In this document: in pieces, positions 49,433 through 60,947 of the stretch
How the letters are laid out: the number at the start of each line of letters is the position of its first letter
Position numbering within the stretch: position 1 is the first letter of the stretch
Assembly (NCBI GenBank): GCA_037447605.1
Contig: CM074814.1
Location: forward strand, 2,914,001-2,978,000
Direction of reading: 5' to 3'
Length of the DNA: 64,000 nt
Source: Zygnema circumcarinatum SAG 698-1b
Lineage: Eukaryota; Plantae; Zygnematophyceae
Position numbers and translations under genes: made by a program
Notes under the pieces: generated by a model
Seen by the model: the letters and a program-made list of their open reading frames with translations, nothing else
Told to the model about the DNA's origin: nothing
Database searches by the model: none

Positions 49433-52200
49433 CTATTTGTTGTTCCACATAATGAACGGTAAGTCTACAAGCCGTTTGTTGAAGTTCAAGAAGACGTCTG
49501 TTTCATTGGGTGCTTGAATGCCGACTTTGTTCCTCCATACGGGCTGGAAGTCAGGGCGGTCCTTGAAGATGGGCGAGGTGGTGTTGGAGATGCCAAAGTC
49601 TTCGTTGGCCTCGTCGTCGAAGAGGAGGTCGGAGGAGTTGTAGGCGAGCCACGTGAGGGTGTTGAGGAGCGGCACAGTGGGCACGCTCTCGTTGCAGTTG
49701 CGGAAGAGCGGCGCCCAGAGGGGCTTCACGTTCACGAGGATGAGGTCGATGCTGTTCTCCGTCGGCAGGCCGCTGCAGTTGCCCGTCGCGCTCGCGGGCG
49801 CCGCCAGCGTGCTGTTCCACAGGTCGCTTTTGAGGGTCTGCGGGGGGTTGCAGGGGACGCCGTTGATGGCCGTGTCCGTGCATATGTTGAGGTAGCGAGG
49901 GTACATCTGCGTAGGACCCCCGAGGGAGTCCGTCAACACCGGGAGGATTTTGAAAATGGGGGGGGAGTCCATCCATTTCATTCGCGTCCAATCTGTTGGA
50001 AATTATTCGTGCATGGAACTTCTGACACATCGACTATACTTTAACGAAAGTTCCAGAACTTGGAGAACTTGGAGAAGCGAGAGCAGCACTTACCTTATAA
50101 AAGAGGTCCGCCGAGGGAAGCCTTGCGATGCCGTCCATCCACGGCCGGCCGCTCAGTACGCAGTTGTTCTGGAACCAGTTCTGGCAGCTCACCCAGCCGG
50201 ACAGCTGCCGCGTGTTCACCATCAACGCGTTGCGCACCACGTTGCTGCGGTCGGAGCACACCCACCCACACGAGCATGGCATGGGCATGAGCGTGCGCAC
50301 TGGCATGCGCACGGAACATGGGCACATGGGCATGGGCATGAAGCATCCGAGGGAGCGCCACTCACAACTTGCCGTTGTTGATCTTGAAGCCGTCCCACGT
50401 GCCGATGCAAACGATGCCGTCAGCGATGACTCCCGAGGTCGCCCAGTCGTAATACACGCAGTGCTGCCCGCCCTTGACGTAGTTGTGGTACAGCCAGTTC
50501 ACTGCACGCACGCGGGGCCATTGCCAGAGTGCGGCGACGCTCGAGTCAGACCTCCAGCCGGCAACTACGCTTTTAGTTGCTGCTGCTTTGTGGGCTCTCC
50601 GTGTGGAACCTGATACGTTCAGGCTTCAGGAGGGGTGTACCACATGTCGAGGAATGGTCGGTTCATCCAGCATGAGCCCAGTTCAAATCTTGCTTCCAAA
50701 TGGAGAGTGAGTTCTACCTGGATTGTGCCATTTTCCGTTGAAGTAGATTCCCGCACCATCGCCCCAATAGTTTTCCGCATCAGCTTCTATGTAGTTTTCT
50801 TCGATGTTATTCCAAAAGCAGTCGGCAATAAAGCTTGCCCCCCAACCGCATGCGATGCCAAATTTGGTGAAGTTGTGAATGTAGTTATTGCTGATAGTCA
50901 CTCCAACTGTTCCCCAATGGAGGAGAATCCCTTGCAGTGTGCCTGGACCAAGCTAGCGTTGCAGTCAGACTTCAGCATTTATCCTTTTCCATCTCGAAAG
51001 GAACAAGCTGCTACGTATCACTTTAGCAATTACAAGTTTTTTCACATAGTTTAATGGCGTGAATCTTTTGGGCTGTCCACCGCAACGGGTAAGAAGCACA
51101 TACGCGGAAGTTGCGAGGCGTCACTACCACATTCCATGACACGCAGGCAAGAAAGCGCACGGAAGGAGGAGAGTGACATGTCCATTGAGGGAGTCAGCAA
51201 AGCTTTGGGGTCACGCGGCCACTCGCCTATGATTTCACAGTTGGACAGCACGTTCTCGGAGCTCGTCAGTGTGCCGGCATCGCCGCTCCTGCCGAACCGC
51301 ACAACTGCCGGGTCGTCGTACGGATTTCGCACAATAAGACTATCGAACCTAGATTTCGCTGTCCTGTAGATGTCGAACCGTCCAATTATTGTGAACTGCA
51401 CGAGCCAGGCACAAAATCGAATGAGGAGAGATGTCGCTCCTCCTCCTTTGTGACCTCGATCCTGTACTTCGTGCAAAGCTGTTGCAACGAGAAGAGAAAC
51501 TACCTATGGAAATAACCGCGTAGTTAAGGATTAAATAAATGTTGACAGTTTATGATGTTGACTTATTTGGGAAAAGGCAATAGCGCGGTGGAAGCATGCT
51601 CGGTTGCCAGCTCACCGTCTGGCTCGAGAAGAACAGTTGGGAGGGAGGGGCTCACATCGAAGAGAGACACGGCGTAGGAGTTGTAGACATGCACGGCGGG
51701 ACACGTGCTGACCGGGTCGAGCCCCTGCTCCGGAGCGTTGCAGCCGCTGCTCGCGTCCTGCCCGGGGGGGGCGGGCGAGAGCTGGACGTTGATCCCGGAG
51801 ATGAACACGTTGTGCGTGTTGTATATGCGGAGGGGGGGGAAGGAATCGTTGATCGTTTTGAGCCAAATGGGGGATCCATTGGAGTCACAGGGCTGCAAAA
51901 TTGTGCATGAAAATGACTCGTCTAGATAGACAGAATCGGTGAGAGTGAGAGACTTTCTGAAGAGAAGGACAACAGTCGACGAATTGCTGTAGTCTTGCCG
52001 CCGGTAGATGTCCTTGACATTGTTGACCATGAGCGTGGTGTAGTTCTCGCTGGAGCACGGGCCTCCCTTGGGAATGGTGAAGCCTGGGATTTAAGGAAGG
52101 AGCAGCACTGTTACTTGGGAGGGCCGACGCCGGCCACGCTTTCACCTGACGACTCTTCCGACAATGCGACAGCGCAGCAGCCAGTGACTCTCTCACTCTT
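49433..52200 (-). CDS. Secreted parallel beta-helix glycoprotein, paralog C; 5' end uncertain
   Basis: GGPCSSENYT..., GRFDIYRT, LHWGTVGVTISNNYIHNFTKFGIACGWG, GDGAGIYFNG, CVYYDWATSG, GFKINNGK, LSGWVSCQNW and GNCSGLPTENS; same exon structure as A and B. Confidence 0.82.
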
Positions 52201-53637
52201 TTGAATGCTTCAGAAGCGATTCGACTTTCAGGCAGGAAACGTTCGCCTGCCCCAATGGGCGTCTGTCATGGCAGAAATGTCTATAGCGTGCAAATGCGCC
52301 GCGTTATATCTGGGCCTGGACAGTGTTTCTGATAATCTCGACTGAGGACGAGGGAGCGCGTCCTCGTAGAAATTTATTGACATATATGTTTGGGTCAATC
52401 AAAAGGCAGCTAATGCTGGGGGCTTACATGTTACTGCGAGCTGTGGTCTGGCCGTCAAGAGAACGCACAAGAGTCCGACCTGAACAAGCTAAACCCAGCC
52501 GAGAAAAGAGTCGATCACATACTTTGTTCTGTCAGCACAGCTCGCAGCGCCACACATCACACTATTGCGCTCCATAGCGCGATACTCCCCTTGTCTAGTT
52601 TTGGCATTGATGATAAAATCCGAATTCGCATATGATGTACTCAGTGAATGAGCGGATCCCGACCAGCGGACCCACCTTGAGCAAAACACATCCGGCAAAT
52701 GAAGGCGCGCGAATCCCTCCACACGCTCTGCCTCTCACACATTTCTCCATATTCTCTGCGAAGCACGGGAGGCAGATATTTCAGATACCCGCCTTCAGTT
52801 CTCTCTCCTCTTCACCACAAGTTTTCCACTCGAGGGACAATTTCTTTGCAAGTATTTTCTACGCATTCCGAAAATGCATTATTAATTTTCGTTTCTCTCT
52901 GAATTCGAAAGCTCATCAGCTCATGAGCTCCCTCCCTCAGTCAGTGAGGCAGTCAGTCAACCTGCGGGCGGCGGTGATGGCGCGGAGGCGATCGGTCCGT
53001 TTGTCCGAGCGCCGCCGCGCAGCCCTTTTAAAGGCGCCCGCCGCGCCCCGCCATTCCCGGGCAGCCCAATCAAAACATTTTGCGTTGCCCGCCCGCGCTG
53101 GGCGCTCGCTTGGCTCGGCCCGGCCGTTCCCGGGCCAGCCGCCAAAACGTTTCCTGCTGCCCGCTCGCTTGGTCGGCGGAGGCGTTTCGGCGGGCGCGCT
53201 CGCACCTGCGGAAGGTGCCCCGCTCGAGCGTGCGAGGGACCGCGCCACGTGGCCGGGGTGTGCGCCGAGCGGGGCGCCTTCGCACTTGTGGCGACGGGGC
53301 GGTTCGCGCACAGGACAGGCTCGAGCGTGAATCGATCGCACTTTCGTTGAACAAGAACATGGATGCGGCATGGGTCTCGCGACGACGATGAGGCCATCAA
53401 ATGTACATGGACAAAACCATCATGGGGAACCACGAGGAACTGGTCGCAAAGGACCTAAGCACAAACGAAAGAAGCGAGGAGCGGAAAACTACGCCCAAGC
53501 ACAACGCAACCCTAGAAGCAGCCGCTTAAAAACCACTTTCATTATACTATTATTAACAACAACAAGAGAGTTAGTCGTCGCCTGCCGCTGCATGCGGCGC
53601 TCGCTCTGGCAATGCACAGACAGGTCCCTCCTCTCTC

Positions 53638-53649
53638 TCACGGCGCGGC

Positions 53650-53713
<64 letters not shown>

Positions 53714-56700
53714 GGCGGTGCCTCGGAGGGGACCGCGGTGTCCGGCTTGACGGCGACGTTCTTGAGGTCGAGCAGGCCCTGCTCCTTCAGCTTGGGGTCG
53801 AACCGCAGCGACTCCGCGCACTTCCGCGCGGCGAAGCCCTCCTCGAGCTCGCCCTCCACCCGCCGCGCGACCTGCTTCAGCGCGCGGACCGTCGGGGGCC
53901 CCGGAGCCGCACCCGCCACAGCCGCGCGCTCGGCCTCTGCATGCATGCATGCATGCATGCATGCATGCATGCATGCATGCATGCATGCATGCATGCATGC
54001 ATGCATGCATGCATGCATGCATGCATGCATGCATGCATGCATGCATGCATGCATGCATGCATGCATGCATGCATGCATGCATGCATGCATGCATGCATGC
54101 ATGCATGCATGCATGCATGCATGCATGCATGCATGCATGCATGCATGCATGCATGCATGCATGCATGCATGCATGCATGCATGCATGCATGCATGCATGC
54201 ATGCATGCATGCATGCATGCATGCATGCATGCATGCATGCATGCATGCATGCATGCATGCATGCATGCATGCATGCATGCATGCATGCATGCATGCATGC
54301 ATGCATGCATGCATGCATGCATGCATGCATGCATGCATGCATGCATGCATGCATGCATGCATGCATGCACCGGAAGGGAGGGCAGTCAGCCGCAGGGAGC
54401 AGGCAGGCAGCAGGCAGTGCACTTGGCAACTCGCCATCCACAGGGTGCTCATTCCCATTGAAGCATCGTGCGTAGCAGGATCATCCTTCTAAGGCAACAC
54501 ACCTCCGCCACAAACAAGGGTGAAATTCGCTGAGGCAAATGCGACTTCATCCACGGCCGCAAGTCCGCATAGCACTATGAAGTTGTTCCTTGACAAGCCG
54601 TGTTTGACCCTTGTCTCTCACCTGTCATGAGAAGTTTGCAATCGAGAGGATTCTCCCACCGATCCTGCATCATTCCTCTGTCGTTTCCGGGAGGCGTCAA
54701 TCCAATCTCTGCCATCCACCTGTCTCGTACGGCCTCCAGAAGGGCCTTCGATGGTCTGTCGATGTGCTGAAGTTTCACCCACCAGCACTGCCGGGGCATT
54801 CTCGCAAAGTGCAGCCTCATGCTTGGATAAACCTGCGCATGAAGGCAAATGTCAGCCTCGAAGACTCTACTCAGTTGAGGAGGGAGGCAAACCAGCAACT
54901 TACGAGATGCGGGGTCAACTTCGAATTTTGCCACTCTCACAAAATCAGTCGAACACAAGATGAGCATGACATTGGCCGGCTCCTCACCTGGCGAGAGATG
55001 CCAATGTACTGCAGAGTCTTGCTTTCGTCGAACACGGCGTACACGGTCGCTTTGGCCCCCGCCCGCGTGCAGTCCGCGATCCGCCCCTCCTCGGTGAGGT
55101 ACGGAACGAAGGGGAGGTCCTGCAGGGGGACCGCCCCCCCCCCCTCCTGCTGCTGCTGCTGCCGCAGCTGGGCGGCCTGCCTCGCGCGGTACTCCTCCTG
55201 GGCCTGCGCAGCCCCAAAACAGTCAGGAAATGGAGAATCAGACACAGTTTCTTCATGTGTGCTTCTTCCCAAAACGCACAAAACATCCATCCCTCGTGGT
55301 TGGTGTGTTGCACGTCCACAATGTGAATGCTCTTTACAGGCAAAACAAATTTACTTCTGCAATCTGTAGAATTGAGCAAACCCCCTAACTGGAATACTCA
55401 GCCCTCTTCTATTCTTGTTCGAGATTGATCTGCCCTTTAGTCTTTACAGGATTACAGCAAATGCTTACGCTCGAGTATGAAACCTGTGTTTCCCTGCCAT
55501 TCGTTGCTGTATTGCACCAAACGAAGACACTTTGAAGCTCACAAACAAAGACTGCCTGGAGTCCCATATTCTAAGGCTGTTGCCTTTCCTAATGGAGAAT
55601 CGGCAGACCTGGGCAGTGAGCTGTCGAGTTGCCTCCGCATGCGCATCCGCAGCAGCAAGTTTCTGCTTCCATTTCGGCTCTGCTCACATGCCACAACTCC
55701 TCTCAGCCCCACACTCCTTTGCCAGCCCAAAACCTGGCGGAAGATGAGAGAAGCAATTGCTGAACAAGAGGAGAGAAAAATGCCAAAAGTCAAGGGTCCT
55801 AATTTCTCTGACGACTTCTTTGCCGCAGTCCGGGCAAACATGACTTGTCTTGCAAGCGGCGGCTGTAGCAGAGGCGAGAGCGGAGCAGTACCCGCAGAGC
55901 AGCGCGCGAGCAGTCGCACGTGCGCAGCGGCGGAGGAGGCGTCTCCCGCCGGCCTGCTTCCAACCCGCCCCGTCCCATCAAGCGCGCACTTCACAGTAAA
56001 TCCTTGCTCATTTGGCAGGACATGCTCGCCAGGTTACTGTAAGAGTTCACTTTAATTTTGTTCATTGCTTGGAAAAACTTCCGAAGGAGAGAATCTAAAG
56101 TGATGCATCTTCGAGTTTGAAGGTGCCAAAAGTGTTCATATGAAAAGTAACAAATGATCAGCGTTCCTTCTTATTCAGCTTTGGAAGGTGTCGCTCTGAC
56201 TCATTTAAAAAAACGTGATCATGAGACTCCAGACACGCAGCCAGAAAGAAGTGCAGTCACTAATTCGAATATGTGATTTTGCAGAAACTATTCCTGTACA
56301 TTTTGGTGGCAAAGGACCTAATGGGTTGCACTTGAGCCCCGACAAACCAGAAATTTTGCGCATTAGGACAACTTGAGTCTTGGAAATAACATGACCAGGA
56401 AAGATATCATGCTTGCAAGCAACTTATGCGCAATGATATTGTCGCTAGACCATTAATTAAACAAATCAACCTTGTCACCAGATAGGTTAGCGAGTGTGCA
56501 CGTTCATCTGCTGGGTTAGGCGGGTTGCGGAACGACGTGTTTCAAACGATTTAGAAATGATTTCTGGTGCTGATGCATTGGGCTCTAAGAAGAATAGGAC
56601 TTGGAAGGAAATACTAGAAAAATAGAAGACTCAAATGCGAAACGTGTAGTAACTAAAGGTTTTGTAGGCGGTAAGGAAATGAAGTGTGTGGGGAACCAAG

Positions 56701-57313
56701 CAGAAAGGCTTGCTACAATGCCAGTAACATAGCTCGAAGCGATAAAAGCTGCTTCTCCTCCTGGAAATTAAGGTGTTTTAAGCCCTCAACGATAATGGCC
56801 CCAAGGTCCAAAGCTTCACGCTCGTCACAATGCCGGACAGTTCAGGAACATTTGGCCAATGCTGCTTTAGGGTAGTGCGTTCCTGCAAGTTGAAAGAAAA
56901 TTCTGTGAACTGCATTTCAAACATTTCAAACAAAAATTATTGCTCAAGGTTCACCTCCACTGTGGAGAATTCATCGCACGCCCTCCGCCACATCCGTACT
57001 TTCCAACTGGCGGCGCGTGAACTGCAGGAAAAAACCCAGAGGGAGGAAAGAAGGGGAGCACGCAGTTGAGTCTGCGAGCATCCTATCCAGGCAGCTCGCA
57101 ACAGTGAAACGGAACACGCACAACCCTAACGTCTGAGCGGCAATGCTTGAGGAGGGAGACAAGGATCATGTGAAGCCCTGCGGCGCATGCAGCGCGCACT
57201 GTGCGCAGCACGCGAGAGGGAGGGCTTCGGCGAGTACGCGAGGAGGCGGAGGAGGGGCCGCGCAGCGTCCTCTCAAGAGCTGCCCTCGCGGCAGGGGCAG
57301 CAGCGGCAGCCAT
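53638..57313 (-). CDS. Plastid-targeted cyanobacterial-type GIY-YIG domain protein (homologous to the N-terminal domain of GRXS16), with a poly-Ala tail
   Basis: VYAVFDESKTLQYIGISRQ|VYPSMRLHFARMPRQCWWVKLQHIDRPSKALLEAVRDRW...PPGN...PLDCKLLMT|EAER...LKQVARRVE...LRFDPKLKEQGLLDLK. There is an Ala/Ser/Arg-rich transit-like N-terminus from ATG 57313; the upstream exons are less certain. Confidence 0.82.
53651..53712. repeat. (CAG)20 trinucleotide repeat encoding C-terminal poly-Ala on the minus strand
   Basis: Perfect GCA repeat immediately before the GIY-YIG stop codon. Confidence 0.9.
53938..54369. repeat. (ATGC)107 self-complementary tetranucleotide array in the last GIY-YIG intron
   Basis: An uninterrupted 432 bp that reads identically on both strands and runs into the AG acceptor (53937-53938). 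Confidence 0.95.
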
Positions 57314-57706
57314 GGCGACTTCGCCAAAACCTAGCGCCTGCCAGAGGGCGTCCTGAAAGCTGAGAGCGGAAGAGGGACAGGGAGAGGGAGAGGGAGCGGG
57401 AGCGGGAGCGGGAGAGGGAGAGGGAGAGGGAGAGGGAGAGGAAGCGCGAGAGCGAGGGACAGGGAGAGCGCGAGGAGAGGGAGAGGGAAGGAGGCCGAGA
57501 AGGCAACTCCACGTGGCAGTGCCACGTGGGTTTAAAGTGCGCGCGATCCGCGGCGGGCGGGCAGCGATTGGCCGGGAAGGATAGGGGGAGGGGGAGGGGG
57601 AGAGGGGGGAGGGGAGAGGGAGGGGAGAGGGAGGGGAGAGGGGAGAGGGGGAGAGGGGAGAGGGGAGAGGGAGAGGAAGCGAGAGGCGGAAGGAGGGAGG
57701 GAAGCC
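57314..57706. promoter_or_regulatory. Putative bidirectional promoter with a central double G-box (57509-57530) flanked by GA-rich tracts
   Basis: 393 bp between divergent ATGs, with CCACGTGGCAGTGCCACGTGG at the midpoint. Confidence 0.55.
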
Positions 57707-60136
57707 ATGGCTGCCGCCGCGCGGTGCGGGGCTGCCATTAGCGCGGCAGGTCCCCATGGCGCATGTGACGGTGCTCACTGGACCGTCCTCTGCTTCCGCC
57801 ACTGCCACGCTCTGTCCTCGTCCTCCTCTCCTATTCCTCGCTCCTTCTGTCGCCAGCGCTGACCCGCTCGCTCGTGGACCTCTCTCCCTCTCTCTCGCTC
57901 TCTCTCTCTCTGTCTCTCCCTCTCTCTCTCTCGGTCCTCTCCCTCTGTCTGTTTCGCAGCACGGAACAACCTGGCAGGACCTCTGACGCTTGTGCGCGCG
58001 TGCCTGCCTGCAGAACACCGCGGCTCTGAATGTGGAGGCCGGCGAGTGTCTGCTTCCGCTGGACTTTGGAGGTGGGTTACTTCCGGAACCTTGCTCATTT
58101 TTCGTCGGACCTGAGGCAGCAAACAGCTTCCCAATATGAAGAACAAACGCAACTTAGTTGTCCCAGTTACGTAGTTTCTGGTTTGAACCATACAGCCGGA
58201 CGGCTAACAGCAGCAAGCTCTTCTAAAGCAGGCAATGCTTAAGTTGTATGATTAGTTTGTTTGTTAACTAGTGCACGGTTGCGACATGTACGCAGTGCTA
58301 TTCAGTTGACCGGCTTCCAGCATGAGCAGAGTTCTGCTGATTGTTGAAATTTCTCCTATTATTAAATACGTCAAAGTCAGTGCTATTAAACCGCTAAAGC
58401 TGCAAGATAAGCAATTTTGACAGCCCTCTGTACGAAATTGCAGGACTTGCGCTGAGAGAAGGCCAGTGACAAAGTCAACTGCACAAAACAGACTGGTCGT
58501 CACATCCTCGGGTAGGCTTGATAGTCTGCGGATAGACTCATAAGTGCCACGACATCATTTCCAAATGACCCTTGAAACCCCAGAAGTTCCTGCTGTATGT
58601 TTACTTAGAATGTCTTCAACCTTTTGGATGCGTCCTCACCCGCTGCTTTGGCAATGCAGGGCACGTGAAAGTGTCGACACTGGCGGTCATTGTCTATCAA
58701 ATGATGTAACTCTGGCTATCATCGGGCATCATGATGACATTGTATGTGCTTGGTGTTTTGGGCTAGAGTAGCCGCGGCTGACAAATTCACAAGCCCTAAA
58801 ACCGGTGCTGTGGGAACGGAGCGGTTCCGTGAAAATGCGGCGAATGGAACCTACTGGGGAGACCCGTATGCGCTACCCCTTGAAAACATCGCACTCGTGC
58901 TCAAGCTGCTTCCGAGCATCTGCAACTTCCAAGAAACTCTGCCCGTCTTCCGCCGTCTAGCTGGTCTCTTTCGTTGCATTTTAGAAAGGCACATCCCACT
59001 TTGCATCCGTGTGTTTGCTTCTTAAAGAAGGGCAAATGACCATGTCAGGAAGTGTGTCCATCGCAGGCTAAATCAAGGGGAGTCGGTCATGGTGGTGTTC
59101 GACACGGGGATTGAGAAGGTCAGAGCGGCCCCTGAGAACCCCAAAGTGAGAGAGGCAGAGGGAGGTAGCTGTTCGGGTGCCCCCAGCAGCGGGCGAGGGA
59201 GACTGACCCTCTCCCTCTGCCTCTCCCCCTCCCTCTCCCTCTGCCTCTGCCTGTGCGCGTGCAGGTGGCGGCGGAGGCGAAGTGCGGCGAGAACCTTCTG
59301 CGCGTGGCGGAGCGCTGCGGGGCGCTCGTGCCCACTGCGGTGCGTCAGGGCTACCTGCCGCAGTAGAAGAAGTCGTCACCTTTCTGAGTCTGCGTGCTGC
59401 AGTGGTGGAGGATCATGATTATCGAGAGTTTGAGCACAGCTTTGTTCCTTTGCCTCCAGGATTTTTGCTACGAGGGTACGTGTTGCCACTGTGAGATGGA
59501 GGTGGAAGGAGGAGCTCACGAGGTTCGTGCGTTTAATTTTCCCACTCGTCCAACTCCTCTTCTGCAGCTCACCCTTTTGTGCATTGCTTTCCGTCAGTTT
59601 AGGGTTCACGTGATCGAGTCGTAAGCACAGAAGTGTCAGGTTTGCGCCATTATGTTTGATTTAGCCTTAAGCGTCGTCCAAGTTTTACCTTCACACTGCA
59701 GAGCCACCTTCGGCTCCAAGGTTCTAAAGTACATCTAAATCAGAGTTCCTCGTGGGTTCACTGCACATAAGCGAACATAAGTACAAATGTTTAAAGTGTT
59801 TTAACAACTCAGAACGCACGAGTCATGCACACGGTCAGAGAATGCATAGAACCTGTGCCGGCATTGACCGTGGCGATGCCCTCCCTGCAGGTGGGCTATC
59901 GAGCGAGCACCGCCGATGAAGAACTCGTTCGGAGCTGCATTTGTCCGGTCAGTGACTCACAGACTCACAGTCTGCCTCACTGCCCGCCCGCCCGCCCGCT
60001 GGTGCTGGTGCTGACGCGCGGCTCTCCTCTCCTCTCCTCTGCTCCGACCCCATGAGTGCAGGTCCCCCCGCGCGGCGGCCCGCTCGTCGTGCGCCTCCTC
60101 AGCGAGGAGACGGCCTGGAGCGAAGGCGTGCTCTGA
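57707..60136 (+). CDS. Plastid 2Fe-2S ferredoxin-like protein (divergent cyanobacterial type); N-terminal exons uncertain
   Basis: Spliced C-terminus VMVVFDTGIEK|VAAEAKCGENLLRVAERCGALVPTA|DFCYEGTCCHCEMEVEGGAHE|VGYRASTADEELVRSCICP|VPPRGGPLVVRLLSEETAW carries C-x4-C-x2-C-x25-C. Confidence 0.8.
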
Positions 60137-60947
60137 CCCGCCCCGCCTCCGCCCCGCCCTGTCCATGGCGGCGCGCCGGACCAGCAGCGCGCGCGGCCTT
60201 AGTGCTGGAGGGGCTCCTAGACGCGCTCCTCCTCTTCCTCTTTCCTCCCCGTCCTCCTGTGCTCGCTCCTGGGCGGGCCTGCCCGCCTGCCTCTCAATCA
60301 ATCAATCAATCAGTCAATCAATCGATCAATGAATGAATGCCATCCGTCCGACCGCTGCCTGCCTTCTCCCACCTTTCCCTCCCTCCCTCCCTCCCTCCAT
60401 CCATCCCTCCCTCCCTCCCTCCCTCGCCTGCCTCCCCCCTCTTCTCCATCCCTGCCGAGTGCCTCCCTCCCACCCTCCCTCCTCTTCGCCCCACCCTCCC
60501 TCCCTAGTCCCTAGTCCCTACTGCCTGCTTGTGCCTCGCCCCGCCTTCGCGCTGACCACCGACCAACCATCATCATCACGTCACGTCACATTAGTAGCGC
60601 ATCTTTCCCCGAGCTGTGCGGTCCCCCTGCGCGTTTACAGTCTCTGTACGGCCTTTGCACGGCAATAAATGGCCGCGCACCGCGACAAACGTTGCCCGCG
60701 GGCGGCACCGCCATCATGGTAGGGAGGAAAGGCGGGCGCCACGTGGTCGCGCCATCCAGGAGGCCGCGACAGAGGCTTGGCGCAGGGCGGGAGGGGCGGG
60801 CATGCGCCATGGCGCGCGCGCGCCTCGGAGGAGGCGACGGGCCGCTATGGGTCGGTCGGCGGGCGATCGCTCATTCGAGGAGTATGCCAAAGACGGTGGG
60901 CATGGATGGCTTTTGTCGGGAATTCAATATTTTTCGTCTTAGAAATT

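Noticed and set aside
53489-54492. Long MHAC-repeat ORFs in all six frames
   Set aside because: The (ATGC)n repeat has no stop codons in any frame, and it lies in an intron.
59069-59120. VVFDTGI resembling the subtilisin/site-1 protease catalytic Asp motif
   Set aside because: No His or Ser motifs follow, and the adjacent exons splice into a 2Fe-2S ferredoxin fold.
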